Assembly: GCA_945862365.1 (NCBI GenBank)
Contig: CAMAXK010000005.1
Span: forward strand, 813-64,812
Length of the DNA: 64,000 bases
Reading direction: 5' to 3'
Source: Chlamydia trachomatis
GTDB lineage: Bacteria > Chlamydiota > Chlamydiia > Chlamydiales > 2-12-FULL-49-11
This document shows positions 37,273-47,921 of the stretch, in pieces. Numbering within the stretch: position 1 is the first letter of the stretch; each line of letters starts with the position of its first letter. Under the pieces are notes generated by a model. The model saw only the letters and a program-made list of their open reading frames with translations. It was not told the DNA's origin and made no database searches. Both the position numbers and the translations under genes were made by a program.

Positions 37273-37932
37273 ATGGGGAAACTAATTTTGGTCCGTCACG
37301 GAGAGTCTGTGTGGAATAAGAAAAATATTTTTACTGGATGGGTAGATGTCTCCCTTTCTAAAAAAGGAATTGAGGAAGCATTGGAGGCTGGAAAGCTATT
37401 ATCCAAAATAAAATTCGATCATATTTACACCTCTGAGCTTTCAAGAGCTCAGATGACTTTGCAGTTGATCATGCTAGAAAATCAAGATAGGCGTACCCTT
37501 TATTTAGCTCACCCTCAAGATAAAGCTTATCGGCCGGGTATAAAATCAGATGTAATAATAGGAAATATTTCAAAATCGTTGAATGAACGTTGTTATGGTG
37601 ATTTTCAAGGGATGAATAAAGATGAACTAAAAAAAGAGGTGGGTGAAGAAAAGTTTATGCAATATAGACGAAGTTATGCCACGATCCCACCCGGTGGAGA
37701 GAGTTTGAAAATGACCATAGAACGAGCTTTACCCTATTTTGATCAGGAAATTTTACCAAAAGTGAAAGAGGGAAAGACTGTGTTAATTGTGGCCCATGGA
37801 AATTCTTTACGAGGGATTGTTAAAGAGTTAATGCATATTTCAGAACAAGATATTGTAGGGTATGAGATAAAGACTGGAAACCCCCTTATTTTTCACTATG
37901 AAAATCAAAAATTTAAGGTAGGTGCTTTATGA
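37273..37932 (+). CDS. gpmA: 2,3-bisphosphoglycerate-dependent phosphoglycerate mutase
   Basis: It has LVRHGESVWN with the catalytic His, FTGW and AHGNSLR motifs. Confidence 0.9.
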   Translation: MGKLILVRHGESVWNKKNIFTGWVDVSLSKKGIEEALEAGKLLSKIKFDHIYTSELSRAQMTLQLIMLENQDRRTLYLAHPQDKAYRPGIKSDVIIGNISKSLNERCYGDFQGMNKDELKKEVGEEKFMQYRRSYATIPPGGESLKMTIERALPYFDQEILPKVKEGKTVLIVAHGNSLRGIVKELMHISEQDIVGYEIKTGNPLIFHYENQKFKVGAL

Positions 37933-38915
37933 TATCATCTAGAGTTAAAGAGGCTTATTTGAAGGGAGAGGCTTTTGAAAATGCTTTTGAACTACCTGAT
38001 AGAAAAGTGGTACGTAAGCACATAAAAAAGGCTAAAGAGTCGATTATGGATTTAATTGGAGCAAAAAAAGGGGATCAATTGCTTTTTTATCCTTCAAAAA
38101 ATGAAGCCTTACTGAGAGCTATTTACGAGGTGCTGATGCCAAGGGCTCAAAGAAGTGGTCGCACTGTTGTTTTGATTCCAAAAACAGAAAAAGGACCCCT
38201 TTTCAAACTTTTAAAGACAGCCGGCCGTTTAGGTCTAAGTTTTAAAGAGGTAGAGGTTGATGAAAAAGGAAAAATGACTAAAGAGGCGCTTGAATTGGCT
38301 ATTTCTCCACGCACGCTTGCGGTATTTCTTTCCTGGGCAGACCCATTGACGGCAGCGATCCACCCTATGTTTGAAATAGCAGCTCTTTGTCAGGAAAGAG
38401 AATTGTTTTTATTAGTAGATGGAACAGATACGGTTGGAAAAGTGTTTTTTAGGTTTCAAGATATGAACATCGATCTTTTACTATTTACACATGAAAATCT
38501 CACAGCTCTTGCCACAAAAAAAGTAGAGATGGAGGAAACTGATTACTCGTTGAAGGATTTTTTTGCGTTTGCAGCTTATGCAGAAGAATCGCTAGAGACG
38601 ATGGATCTTGGCCCGATGGAGTATGCTATGATAAAAAGTGATGTGATAGATCGACTAGAAAATAGCAACCTAGAGTGTACATTTTTGAATAAAGGATCTG
38701 GATACCTTTTTGATCGTTGGTGTTTTGCCTTTAAAGGGGTTCCTTCAGAAAATTTGGCCTATTTTCTTCGAGAAAAGGGGATTTTTGTTGAAAGGGCTTC
38801 TGAGGAAGCACTCACACTTACATTTTCATTAATGAGCTCAAAAGAACATATTTTCTCTACCTGGGATCAAATAATAAACTCAGCAAAAATGATAAAGGAA
38901 TTTAGCTATGAATAA
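37929..38915 (+). CDS. NifS/IscS-like class V aminotransferase-fold protein, apparently degenerate
   Basis: It aligns by eye with the IscS core (VDGTDTVGK.. versus VDATQSVGK..). However, SGHKIYGPKG is replaced by FTHENLTALA, so the PLP lysine is missing, and there is no SSGSAC catalytic loop. Confidence 0.55.
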   Translation: MISSRVKEAYLKGEAFENAFELPDRKVVRKHIKKAKESIMDLIGAKKGDQLLFYPSKNEALLRAIYEVLMPRAQRSGRTVVLIPKTEKGPLFKLLKTAGRLGLSFKEVEVDEKGKMTKEALELAISPRTLAVFLSWADPLTAAIHPMFEIAALCQERELFLLVDGTDTVGKVFFRFQDMNIDLLLFTHENLTALATKKVEMEETDYSLKDFFAFAAYAEESLETMDLGPMEYAMIKSDVIDRLENSNLECTFLNKGSGYLFDRWCFAFKGVPSENLAYFLREKGIFVERASEEALTLTFSLMSSKEHIFSTWDQIINSAKMIKEFSYE

Positions 38916-39654
38916 AAAAAACCCTCACCATTTGTTTTGGGATCTTTATAGTAGCAAAATGAGAAAACAGATTTCTGAACATAAGCATGCAACAAAATGC
39001 TATGGCAAGGAATTTTCGGATGAAAAATTAGGAATACATTACAAGATTGATATTTCGTATAATGCTGAAAGACAAATGTTTACTCATATGAAATATTGTT
39101 TAAAGGCCCCCACATTTATGATTGCCTTACTAGAGGCTCTTGCAGAGCTTATTTTAGAAAAAGATATTAAAAAAGTGTCCAAAGTGCGTGCCGATGATCT
39201 TTTAAATGCAATTTCTGCCTATGAACTGGCTGATTTGTATGATGATGCCGATGTTGGAGACTATATTCGGTTTATCTCCCGTTATGTGAATCATCTCCTT
39301 GATTCTTACACCGAAATTGTGAATCAACTTGTCCCGCGACAATTTACAACTCCCGATGCTTTGATCGATTTTTCTAAGGAAGGGTCGGGTATTGAGGGCT
39401 TTTTTGAATTAGAGAAGGAGCATCAGATACATTTTATTGAAGAGGTGATGGAAAAAGACATCAGACCTTATGTAGCTCTTGATGAGGGAAATGTTAAAGT
39501 GAAAGATCTTACAAAAAATGGGATTGTTTTAATTCAATATGAAGGAAATTGCACCTCTTGTAATGCCTCTTCCTCAACTACCTTATCAGCAATTACCTCT
39601 ATTTTAAAAGCAAAAATTCATCCTACCATAGAAGTGCTGCCCTATTTAAGCTAA
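38908..39654 (+). CDS. NifU-like protein (degenerate IscU-like N-terminus plus NifU C-terminal CxxC domain)
   Basis: It has a C-terminal Nfu/NifU motif (YEGNCTSCNASSSTT) and sits after the nifS-like gene, as in Chlamydia. Confidence 0.6.
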   Translation: MNKKNPHHLFWDLYSSKMRKQISEHKHATKCYGKEFSDEKLGIHYKIDISYNAERQMFTHMKYCLKAPTFMIALLEALAELILEKDIKKVSKVRADDLLNAISAYELADLYDDADVGDYIRFISRYVNHLLDSYTEIVNQLVPRQFTTPDALIDFSKEGSGIEGFFELEKEHQIHFIEEVMEKDIRPYVALDEGNVKVKDLTKNGIVLIQYEGNCTSCNASSSTTLSAITSILKAKIHPTIEVLPYLS

Positions 39655-40155
39655 TTTCTTAAAAAATTCGTTTAAAAAGGGGTCTATAATGGAAGAGGAA
39701 GGGATATTTCTTCCAGTTTCAATAAAAAGTGATGTGGCAGGTTGATCGATGAATTCAAGCTCCTTTTCATTTTGTAAAAGATTTAGACCAACACTACAAA
39801 TGCATTGATCTTCACAAATTTCTACTAAAAAGCCAGCAAGTTTTCTTCCATTTACGATTAAATCATTAGGGTATTTAAAAATAGTTTCGATTTTTAAAAA
39901 TGAGAGGGCGCCTATCATTGATAGGGCGCAAATATTTGCCAAATGTGGGTAAAATTGTATAGATGGGGTTGGAAACACAAAAGTGAGTAAAAGAGAGCTA
40001 CTTTTTGGGGCAATCCACTTATCCCCTCTTCTGCCGGTTCCTGCTGTTTGAAAATCTGCTGTGATCACTGTGATGGGATCTTCTTTAAATTGTGATAGAT
40101 GCCCTTTTGCAAATAGGTGAGTGGAGTCAATTTCTTGAAAGTGGATTTTTTTCAT
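39646..40155 (-). CDS. birA: biotin--[acetyl-CoA-carboxylase] ligase (class I, no HTH domain)
   Basis: It has the motif QTAGTGRRGDKW and KYPNDL. I chose the start at the ATG at 40155 (MKKIHFQEIDSTH). Confidence 0.75.
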   Translation of the reverse strand: MKKIHFQEIDSTHLFAKGHLSQFKEDPITVITADFQTAGTGRRGDKWIAPKSSSLLLTFVFPTPSIQFYPHLANICALSMIGALSFLKIETIFKYPNDLIVNGRKLAGFLVEICEDQCICSVGLNLLQNEKELEFIDQPATSLFIETGRNIPSSSIIDPFLNEFFKKLA

Positions 40156-40212
40156 GGATCTATTGTATACAAATATACTCAATAATCAAGCATTTCTATA
40201 TGATGAGATTCT

Positions 40213-41340
40213 ATGTGGGAACCAAAATATCTGCGAAGAATTGACCTTCGTTTACTCCTTGTTGTTTGCTTGTTGATGATTTCAAGTATCGCAGTTATTT
40301 TAGCTACATCTCAGCCTGAAATGAGTGATACGTTAGTTTTTACAAAACTTGCCAAAAATCAGATGAGGGCGTTTGCCCTTGGATTGTTTATATTTTTCTT
40401 TTTAGCCTGCTTTGACTATCGAAAATTACGTGAATATACTTGGTTTTTCTATCTTGGAACTCTCATCCTTTTATTAGGGCTATATTTTGTCGCCCCTATT
40501 CACAATGTTCGAAGATGGTACAGATTGCCATTTTTGCCATTTGATCTGCAGCCTTCAGAGATTGCAAAGCTTGTAGTTGTTTTGACTCTTAGTTGGTATC
40601 TGGAGAGAAATATGGAAGGGGTGAAGAGGTTTTCAACCTTTGTTAAGGGCTCTTTAATTGTATTTATCCCTTTTGTGCTCATTTTAAAGCAGCCAGATTT
40701 AGGTACAGCATTAGTGCTTTGTCCAATTGCCTTATCGATGTTTTATATTGGGGGAATCGATGGACGGATTCTTCGAGTCTTATGTGTGATTGGTATTTTA
40801 GTTTTAAGTTTTGTGCTATCAATCTTTATGGGAGTTTTTTCTCATGAGGATATGCGCCCTTTGTTTACAAAAGTGATGAAGGAGTATCAATATGAGCGAT
40901 TAAACCCAGACACCTTTCATCAAAAAGCTGGCCAAACTGCAATTGGGCTGGGACATTACTTTGGAAGTGGCTTTTTAAAAAGCGAGTATACCGGAAATAA
41001 ATTTCTTCCCTACGGTTTTACAGATTCTGTCTTTCCTGCATTTGCTGAAGAATATGGCCTTGTGGGATCATTATTTCTCCTTTTGTTATTTTTTAGTTTA
41101 ATTTATTTTAGCTTTCAGGTAACAGGAGTTGCAAGGGACTACTTTGGTCGGTTGCTTGCATCTGGAATTGCAATCTATATTGCGATGCATGTGATCATAA
41201 ATATTGGGATGATGTGCGGATTTTTGCCCATTACTGGAGTGCCCTTAATTTTAGTAACATACGGAGGCTCTTCAGTGATAGCAACGTTTATCGCTTTAGG
41301 GCTTTTGCAAAGCATATATGCAAGAAGGTTTACATTTTGA
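40213..41340 (+). CDS. rodA: SEDS-family peptidoglycan polymerase (RodA/FtsW)
   Basis: It has a 10-TM profile and the motifs QPSEIAKL, KQPDLGTA, TDSVFPAFAEEYG and PLILVTYGGSS. Confidence 0.85.
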   Translation: MWEPKYLRRIDLRLLLVVCLLMISSIAVILATSQPEMSDTLVFTKLAKNQMRAFALGLFIFFFLACFDYRKLREYTWFFYLGTLILLLGLYFVAPIHNVRRWYRLPFLPFDLQPSEIAKLVVVLTLSWYLERNMEGVKRFSTFVKGSLIVFIPFVLILKQPDLGTALVLCPIALSMFYIGGIDGRILRVLCVIGILVLSFVLSIFMGVFSHEDMRPLFTKVMKEYQYERLNPDTFHQKAGQTAIGLGHYFGSGFLKSEYTGNKFLPYGFTDSVFPAFAEEYGLVGSLFLLLLFFSLIYFSFQVTGVARDYFGRLLASGIAIYIAMHVIINIGMMCGFLPITGVPLILVTYGGSSVIATFIALGLLQSIYARRFTF

Positions 41341-41789
41341 AGTATTTTGATTTTTTCAGAAAGGATCGTTGGATAGGAGAAGGAACAATTGTCATTGAAG
41401 ATGAGAATGAAACTTACCCTATGGTAATGAAAATACTCATGAAAAATGTAAATGAAAAAAGTCCAATCCTTGAGTTTTCCACATTAATTAAAATGGATAG
41501 CGCAGAGGAGGCGATGGAAAATTTTTACACCCTTACAATGCATAGAAATAATAAGTTTCACATGCTTATTGCAGGTGTTAACTGGGGCCATGTGGAAGGA
41601 TCTGGATTTTTTAAAGATAATTTCATTGGATGGGATGTAGTAAGTCCTGATGGACTTTTTCATGGTTATGAATCCCTTGAAATAAAAAAAGATGGAGAAT
41701 TAATCTTTTTCGGCGAATATGCTACAGGATCTTCTATGCGTACAAAAATTAGAGGAAGGCTTACAAGTTATGAAAATGTCCCTTCCTAA
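41337..41789 (+). CDS. hypothetical protein (start uncertain)
   Basis: The track ORF 41214-41789 overlaps rodA. A TTG at 41337 overlapping the rodA stop is the first plausible start. The ATG at MVMKIL is an alternative. Confidence 0.3.
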   Translation: MKYFDFFRKDRWIGEGTIVIEDENETYPMVMKILMKNVNEKSPILEFSTLIKMDSAEEAMENFYTLTMHRNNKFHMLIAGVNWGHVEGSGFFKDNFIGWDVVSPDGLFHGYESLEIKKDGELIFFGEYATGSSMRTKIRGRLTSYENVPS

Positions 41790-42108
41790 GATTTGTCTGA
41801 TTATGATTTGCCTTACTCTGCTTAGCAGTTGTGCTCTAAGATCTGCCCCTGTAGTTACTATGGGGAGCTATCTTGAGGTGCAAAATGGTGAAACAAGGGA
41901 GCAAATTCTTGCCGCATTTGGTCCGCCAGTAACCATTGAATTAAAAGATGATGGGACAGAAATATTTACCTACATAGAACGGATCTCCATGGAGGAAGAA
42001 ATAATAGAGGCGCGCTACTATTATTTTTATATTAAAGATGGGGTAGTTGTGGGAAAAGTATTGCGTGTAGAAGAGCGCCCTCAAGCACTTGATGCGGATC
42101 AAATCTAA
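41770..42108 (+). CDS. small lipoprotein, BamE/SmpA-OmlA-like
   Basis: It has a lipobox (LLSSC) and the motif GETREQILAAFGPP, which resembles the BamE signature (G.T..QV...LG.P). It is about 112 aa long. Confidence 0.45.
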   Translation: MKMSLPKICLIMICLTLLSSCALRSAPVVTMGSYLEVQNGETREQILAAFGPPVTIELKDDGTEIFTYIERISMEEEIIEARYYYFYIKDGVVVGKVLRVEERPQALDADQI

Positions 42109-42168
42109 AATTGCTTCTATATAATTTTTATATAAATTATAATGTTTACTTTATTTGGAGTAGAGTAA

Positions 42169-42987
42169 ATGAAGAAATTTTATTTTTTGATACTATTTGG
42201 ATCGATTTCCCTATTTGGATTAGATATTGTGATACCTGTTCATAAAAAAGATGCGCATACGTTAGATATAGTGATTGATAAATTACAAAATTACATTAGC
42301 GATGGTGAAGAGATTTATGTAATTTCAAAAGAACCTTTAACAGATCGAGCCCATTGGATAGATGAAAAGCTTTTTCCTTTTAGTATTGAGGATGTAGGAA
42401 ATGAACTTGGAGGAAAGGGGGGGATTGGTAAACATGTTCGTCGAGGATGGTATTATCAACAATTGCTAAAGTTTTACGCAGCAAAAGTTGAGCCATCTCT
42501 TTCTGAACATTTTTTAATCATGGATGCCGATACTGTCCCTACTCATCCTATGAGATTTGTGGAAGAGGATCGATTCTATTTAGATTATTTAAAAAAAACC
42601 TGTAATTTATCGCCTTATTACGTTCATATGAGAGATTTTGTCCCAGAACTTTCTTCTGTAAATATGAAAGAAAATCCTGTAGTACACCATATGGTTTTTT
42701 CTAAAATTATTTTAGAAGATCTATTTGCAAGAGTCGAGAACCTTCATGGAAAGCCTTTTTGGAAGGCTTTTTGTAATATTGTCAAAGGCTCTGAAAGACC
42801 AAATGGGAGAGGATTTTATGCAGGAGCTTCAGAATATATGATCTATTATCATTTTTGCTTTCATTTTTACCCGGAGCAAGTAATAAAAAGGGAGATAAGT
42901 CTAAAGCAAAATGCAAAATCATTAACCCATAGATATCCTAGTACCTATGATTTCATTTCTCATCATAACTATGATCGGACAGAATAG
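42169..42987 (+). CDS. putative nucleotide-sugar glycosyltransferase (GT-A-like, DxD) with an N-terminal signal anchor
   Basis: It has an N-terminal hydrophobic segment, the beta-strand start LDIVIPVHKKD and the DxD motif FLIMDADTVP. Confidence 0.4.
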   Translation: MKKFYFLILFGSISLFGLDIVIPVHKKDAHTLDIVIDKLQNYISDGEEIYVISKEPLTDRAHWIDEKLFPFSIEDVGNELGGKGGIGKHVRRGWYYQQLLKFYAAKVEPSLSEHFLIMDADTVPTHPMRFVEEDRFYLDYLKKTCNLSPYYVHMRDFVPELSSVNMKENPVVHHMVFSKIILEDLFARVENLHGKPFWKAFCNIVKGSERPNGRGFYAGASEYMIYYHFCFHFYPEQVIKREISLKQNAKSLTHRYPSTYDFISHHNYDRTE

Positions 42988-43010
42988 ACTTTTTAACCCC
43001 GCAGGGGATC

Positions 43011-44156
43011 TTAATGAGAAACGATCTTATCTTCTTCCCAGGTAAAGGTCCTTTCGCCTATTCCAATTAATTGATTAAATATAGGAGCCCATGAATTCAA
43101 ACAGTAAAGAACATGGTTTTTATGAAAGGAGATAATGGCTTCCTTTTTTGCTGCATAATCTATATTTTCAGTCTTTTGTTTAAGATCTTCAAAGGAGTCA
43201 AAGAAAATAAAAAGGGGAGCAAGCTTTTCATTATACCAATCGCAGTTTGCAAATACTTCTTCTATTGGTAGATTCGAAGTACGGTTTCTTGGATTAGTCC
43301 AATCCCAAAAGCATATCTTTTGCTCAGTATATAGCGATGTATAAAGTTCTTTTGATGGAATAAAGTGGATAATTCCCTGATGAATATTTTCCCAAAGGTG
43401 AAAGTTTCCCATCACACCAGGAATATGTATCATCCCCTTAAAGTCCTTTAAATCAACGCTTCCTGCATAGTTACCAGAATAATAATGGATCCCGAGGTTT
43501 TTAAGCTTTCTGGTTAAGGCTATCTTTTTTTCGTTAATGTAGTCTCTTACATAAAAATGATCATCTTTTTTTACCGTTTCATGAATTTTTTGATAGCCTT
43601 TGGTTATTTCGCTCATCCCAGTAGGGGGGATGGTAGTTTTTATCGACGTAATGGAATGATTTTTTTCCGCATGAACTTTTTCAAAGTTGGTATATCCAAC
43701 AATTGCTACATTTTCTAAATTTCCAGCCTCTTGAAATAAATTTAGGTATTCTTGATCTGGAAATTCATTACTCCTTGAGGATCTAGTGTTTATATCAAAT
43801 CTATTGCAAACCCAAATAAGTAAGGGCTTTTTCCAATTATTTTGTAGAAAAATTCTTGAAAGAGGGGCTATATCTGATGTTATGATTAGATCATAAGTTT
43901 CGAATTTCCTTTTATGCCTTTGGAAAATGCGCTCTGCTTTATCATGAAGCATCACATAATTTGACTTTGCGGGTGATTTCGGATCTAAAAACCCAAATGG
44001 TTGGGCAAGAATGTTCCAGGTATCTAATTCTAGATCAAATATTTTACAAAGATAGGCAACTTCTCCGGCACAACCTTCGTGAAAAGTAAGATGTAAAACT
44101 TTTGGTTTAGTATCGACTAAAGTAAATATGCTAATGAGTATAAAAATGGTTTTCAT
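43011..44156 (-). CDS. hypothetical signal-anchored protein, possibly glycosyltransferase-like
   Basis: It has an N-terminal hydrophobic segment. A weak GT-B-like stretch (IPGVMGNFHLWENIHQGIIHFIP) is the only hint of function. Confidence 0.3.
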   Translation of the reverse strand: MKTIFILISIFTLVDTKPKVLHLTFHEGCAGEVAYLCKIFDLELDTWNILAQPFGFLDPKSPAKSNYVMLHDKAERIFQRHKRKFETYDLIITSDIAPLSRIFLQNNWKKPLLIWVCNRFDINTRSSRSNEFPDQEYLNLFQEAGNLENVAIVGYTNFEKVHAEKNHSITSIKTTIPPTGMSEITKGYQKIHETVKKDDHFYVRDYINEKKIALTRKLKNLGIHYYSGNYAGSVDLKDFKGMIHIPGVMGNFHLWENIHQGIIHFIPSKELYTSLYTEQKICFWDWTNPRNRTSNLPIEEVFANCDWYNEKLAPLFIFFDSFEDLKQKTENIDYAAKKEAIISFHKNHVLYCLNSWAPIFNQLIGIGERTFTWEEDKIVSH

Positions 44157-44181
44157 GCTTAAATAATAGTATTATTTAAAC

Positions 44182-44212
44182 AAAAAAGGCAATCCTCAAA
44201 GAAGATTGCCTT
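44182..44212 (-). terminator. rho-independent terminator after rpsJ
   Basis: On the minus strand it reads aaggcaatc-ttctttgag-gattgcctt, followed by ttttttg. Confidence 0.55.
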
Positions 44213-44234
44213 TTAATTTTATGAAAAACTACGA

Positions 44235-44558
44235 TTACGCAGAAGTTGTGATCGCAATATCCACACCACTTGCTAGTGAATGCTTTCTTAAACGCTCTAC
44301 AGTGTCTGCAGTAGGGCTTAAGATGTCAATCATGCGCTTATGTGTTCTCATTTCAAACTGATCACGAGACTTCTTGTGAACGTGTGGTGATCGAAGAATT
44401 GTTTGTTTCTCGATTTTTGTTGGTAATGGAATTGGTCCAATTACTACAGCACCAGAACGTCTAGCTATTTCAGCTATTTCAGAAGATGCACTATCCACGA
44501 TCTTATGGTCATAACCTTTAAGACGAATTCGTATTTTTTGTTTTTTAGCTACTGCCAT
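44235..44558 (-). CDS. rpsJ: 30S ribosomal protein S10
   Basis: It has the conserved S10 sequence ([10 protein letters not shown]..., [20 protein letters not shown]). Confidence 0.97.
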   Translation of the reverse strand: MAVAKKQKIRIRLKGYDHKIVDSASSEIAEIARRSGAVVIGPIPLPTKIEKQTILRSPHVHKKSRDQFEMRTHKRMIDILSPTADTVERLRKHSLASGVDIAITTSA

Positions 44559-44572
44559 GTTTAGCTCGCTCC

Positions 44573-46666
44573 TTATGTCGTCGTTTTAACTATTTTATCT
44601 TGTACAGCTTTCGGCACTTTTTCAAAATGACTAGGCTCCATTGTAAATTCACCCCTTCCTGATGTTATCGATCTAATGTCTGTTGAGTATCCAAACATTT
44701 GTGATAACGGAACTTCAGACTCAATCTCTCCAGTTTTACCTACTTGAGATTGATTTAGAATTTTTCCACGGCGTCTATTTAAGTCACCAATGATGTCTCC
44801 TAATGAAGTCTCAGGTGTTCTTACACATACTTTCATGATTGGTTCTAAAATCATTGGGCTACATTTCCTAGCCCCTTCTCTTAAAGCCATTTGAGAACAA
44901 ATCTTAAAGGCCATCTCACTTGAATCCACCTCATGGTAAGATCCAAATACAATGGCAACCTTTGCATCCACAAGAGGATAGCCAGCAAGAACACCAGCGG
45001 CAAGACCTTCTTCAATACCCTTGATACAAGAGTTGATGTATTCTTTAGGAATTACCCCGCCGACAATCTTACTTACTACTTCGTTACCTTTTCCAGTCTC
45101 ATTTGGCTCAATTTCAAGAACTACGTGAGCGTATTGACCACGTCCACCTGATTGCTTAATGTATTTTTGCTCATGCTTGATAGAATCTGTAAGAGCCTCT
45201 CTGTAAGACACCTCTGGTGCACCTACATTTGCCTCTACCTTAAACTCACGGATCATACGATCTCTTAACACATCAAGGTGAAGCTCTCCCATACCTGCAA
45301 TAATTGTCTGACCAGTCTCTTCGTTTGTAGATACTCTAAATGTTGGATCTTCTTCAGAAAGAGCGCTTAAGGCTACAGATAATTTCTCTCTATCAGGCTT
45401 TGATTTTGGTTCAATGGCCATAGAAATAACTGGCTCAGGGAAAGTCATTTTCTCAAGAATTAACGGTGCATCTTCTAGGCAAAGGGTATCGCCTGTTGTT
45501 GACTGCTTTAAGCCAATTACAGCTAAAATATCCCCTGTATAGAACTCATCTTTATCTTTACGTTCATTTGCATGCATCTCAAGAAGTCTTGAAATTCTCT
45601 CTTTCTTCCCTTTTGTAGAGTTAAATAAAGGCATACCTTTTTTAATTGTTCCAGAATAAACTCTGACAAATGTTAAACGGCCTACATACGGATCTGTCAT
45701 GATTTTAAAAGCAAGCATAGCAAGTTTTTCATCATCATGCGGATTAAGTTCGAACTCGTTTACACCTTCGGCATCAAAACCTCTGATGACACCTCTATCA
45801 AGAGGGGATGGTAACCAAGCAACAATATTATCTAAAAGAGGCTGCACACCTTTGTTTTTAAATGCTGTACCGCATAAAACAGGGAAAATCTTAAGTTCGC
45901 AAACACCTTTTCTAATCACTTTATTGATCTCAGCTGCTGTTAACGCATCTGGATCTTCAAGTACTTTATTCATGAATTCTTCGTTTGAATCATCAATTGT
46001 TGCAAGTTCATCAAGAAGAGCACTTCTTAGATCCTTTGCCTTGTCTAGTAGATGGGCAGGGATATCATGAATTTCGTAGTCGTCACCAATTTTTTCAGAT
46101 TTAAAATGATAGGCTTTCATTGCTACAATATCAACCATCCCTTCAAATTCGCCTTCAGAGCCGATTGGAATGTGCATAGCAATTGCGTTTGCACCAAGCT
46201 TATCTCTCATAGTTTCGATGCACATATCATAATCTGCACCTACTCTATCCATCTTGTTGATGAAAGCAATTCTTGGAACTTTATAACGATTTGCTTGTCT
46301 CCAAACAGTTTCTGATTGAGGTTGAACACCATCAACTGCAGAAAAAACTGCAACAGCACCATCAAGTACACGTAAGGAACGCTCTACTTCAATAGTAAAG
46401 TCCACGTGTCCAGGAGTATCAATAATATTAATTTTGGAATCGCCCCAGTAAACTGTAGTACAAGCACTCGTAATTGTAATACCACGTTCTTGCTCTTGAA
46501 CCATCCAGTCCATAGTTGCAGCACCTTCGTGCACTTCACCGATTTTATGTGATTTACCAGTATAGAACAAAATTCGCTCAGTTACAGTTGTCTTTCCTGC
46601 ATCAATGTGAGCCATGATACCAATATTTCTTAGGTTCTTTAGTTGGTCCTTCTCGCCTCTTGCCAT
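44573..46666 (-). CDS. fusA: elongation factor G
   Basis: It has [22 protein letters not shown] and NKMDR motifs. I moved the start to the ATG at 46666 ([14 protein letters not shown]). Confidence 0.97.
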   Translation of the reverse strand: MARGEKDQLKNLRNIGIMAHIDAGKTTVTERILFYTGKSHKIGEVHEGAATMDWMVQEQERGITITSACTTVYWGDSKINIIDTPGHVDFTIEVERSLRVLDGAVAVFSAVDGVQPQSETVWRQANRYKVPRIAFINKMDRVGADYDMCIETMRDKLGANAIAMHIPIGSEGEFEGMVDIVAMKAYHFKSEKIGDDYEIHDIPAHLLDKAKDLRSALLDELATIDDSNEEFMNKVLEDPDALTAAEINKVIRKGVCELKIFPVLCGTAFKNKGVQPLLDNIVAWLPSPLDRGVIRGFDAEGVNEFELNPHDDEKLAMLAFKIMTDPYVGRLTFVRVYSGTIKKGMPLFNSTKGKKERISRLLEMHANERKDKDEFYTGDILAVIGLKQSTTGDTLCLEDAPLILEKMTFPEPVISMAIEPKSKPDREKLSVALSALSEEDPTFRVSTNEETGQTIIAGMGELHLDVLRDRMIREFKVEANVGAPEVSYREALTDSIKHEQKYIKQSGGRGQYAHVVLEIEPNETGKGNEVVSKIVGGVIPKEYINSCIKGIEEGLAAGVLAGYPLVDAKVAIVFGSYHEVDSSEMAFKICSQMALREGARKCSPMILEPIMKVCVRTPETSLGDIIGDLNRRRGKILNQSQVGKTGEIESEVPLSQMFGYSTDIRSITSGRGEFTMEPSHFEKVPKAVQDKIVKTTT

Positions 46667-46851
46667 ATCTTTTGTGTCCTTTTTCTTTTTCTCTATCCAA
46701 TACTCACATCTATTGCGGCTTTGAATAGACCTTTTTCTTCGATGTAACAAAGTTACACCTTTAATTCCTGTTCTAATGATAAGTTTTTACTTATCACGAT
46801 CTACGAGTTTGGTAGTAAAAAATTAGCATCACTTAGGATGCTAATTGATCT

Positions 46852-47334
46852 TTACCACTTGTAATGAGCAAATGCTTTATTAGCCTCTGCCATTCTGTGC
46901 ACTTCGTCACGTTTTTTGACTGAAGCACCCTGACCATTGTAGCAATCTTGTAATTCTTGAGCAAGTCCATCAATCATTGATCTTCCAGCTTTTTTCTTTG
47001 AAAACCCAATTACCCATTTCATTGCAAGTGAGAGTTTTCTGCTTGGATTGATTTCAATTGGAACTTGGTAAGTAGCTCCACCAATTCTTCTTGATTTAAC
47101 TTCAACGTGTGGAGATGCGTTTTCTAATGCTTTTAAAAAAGCATCCAATTCACTTTCTTTACCTGTTGCATTCACTCTTGAGCTAAATTTTTCAATCGCA
47201 TTGTAAACAATCTTTGTAGCAAGTGATTTCTTACCATCAAGCATAACTTTACGGATGAATTTTGTTACCTCTTCGTTGCCGTACTTATAATCTGGCTCTA
47301 CAGGTCGTTTTTCAGCTTTTCTTCTTCTTGACAT
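46852..47334 (-). CDS. rpsG: 30S ribosomal protein S7
   Basis: It has the conserved S7 sequence (...VEVKSRRIGGATYQVP...KAFAHYKW). Confidence 0.97.
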   Translation of the reverse strand: MSRRRKAEKRPVEPDYKYGNEEVTKFIRKVMLDGKKSLATKIVYNAIEKFSSRVNATGKESELDAFLKALENASPHVEVKSRRIGGATYQVPIEINPSRKLSLAMKWVIGFSKKKAGRSMIDGLAQELQDCYNGQGASVKKRDEVHRMAEANKAFAHYKW

Positions 47335-47368
47335 AGTTTTTCCTTAACCCCATTACTTGTGGTAAATA

Positions 47369-47740
47369 TTATTTTCCTTTTTTCGCGCCGTATTTTGAGC
47401 GACCCTGTTTTCTGTCCTTAACAGCTGCACAATCTAATGCACCGCGAACTATGTGATATCTAACCCCTGGAAGGTCAGCAACTCTACCACCACGAACAAG
47501 AACCATGCTGTGCTCTTGAAGGTTATGGCCTTCACCACCGATATAGGCAGAAATTTCGATTCCATTAGAAAGTTTAACCCTTGCCACTTTTCTAAGCGCA
47601 GAGTTAGGCTTTTTAGGAGTCTGAGTCTTCACTTGAAGACAAACACCTCTTCTTTGAGGGCATCTCTTTAATGCTTGTGATTTAGATTTTACTTTAGCCT
47701 TTGTTCTAGGCTTTCTGATCAGTTGATTTAGCGTAGGCAT
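47369..47740 (-). CDS. rpsL: 30S ribosomal protein S12
   Basis: It has the conserved S12 sequence ([12 protein letters not shown]...[15 protein letters not shown]...). Confidence 0.97.
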   Translation of the reverse strand: MPTLNQLIRKPRTKAKVKSKSQALKRCPQRRGVCLQVKTQTPKKPNSALRKVARVKLSNGIEISAYIGGEGHNLQEHSMVLVRGGRVADLPGVRYHIVRGALDCAAVKDRKQGRSKYGAKKGK

Positions 47741-47921
47741 AGAGGCCTATCTCCTTTATTTATTTCAAAAATTTACAAAGAACTATATCAAATGAGTGGG
47801 ATTAATGCAAATCAAATAGTGAAAAAAGTGAATTTATTCCCCAATCTTAGTGGATTTAGTGAATTATTGGTGTTCAATAAAAAAAAGTTTTGATAGTGTC
47901 CGAATTTTAAGGGGGAATAGG

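Noticed and set aside
41214-41336. The track start for the ORF downstream of rodA implies a 127-nt out-of-frame overlap with rodA.
   Set aside because: Such a long overlap is unlikely. A TTG at 41337 that overlaps the rodA stop, or a later ATG, is more plausible. The gene is kept at low confidence.
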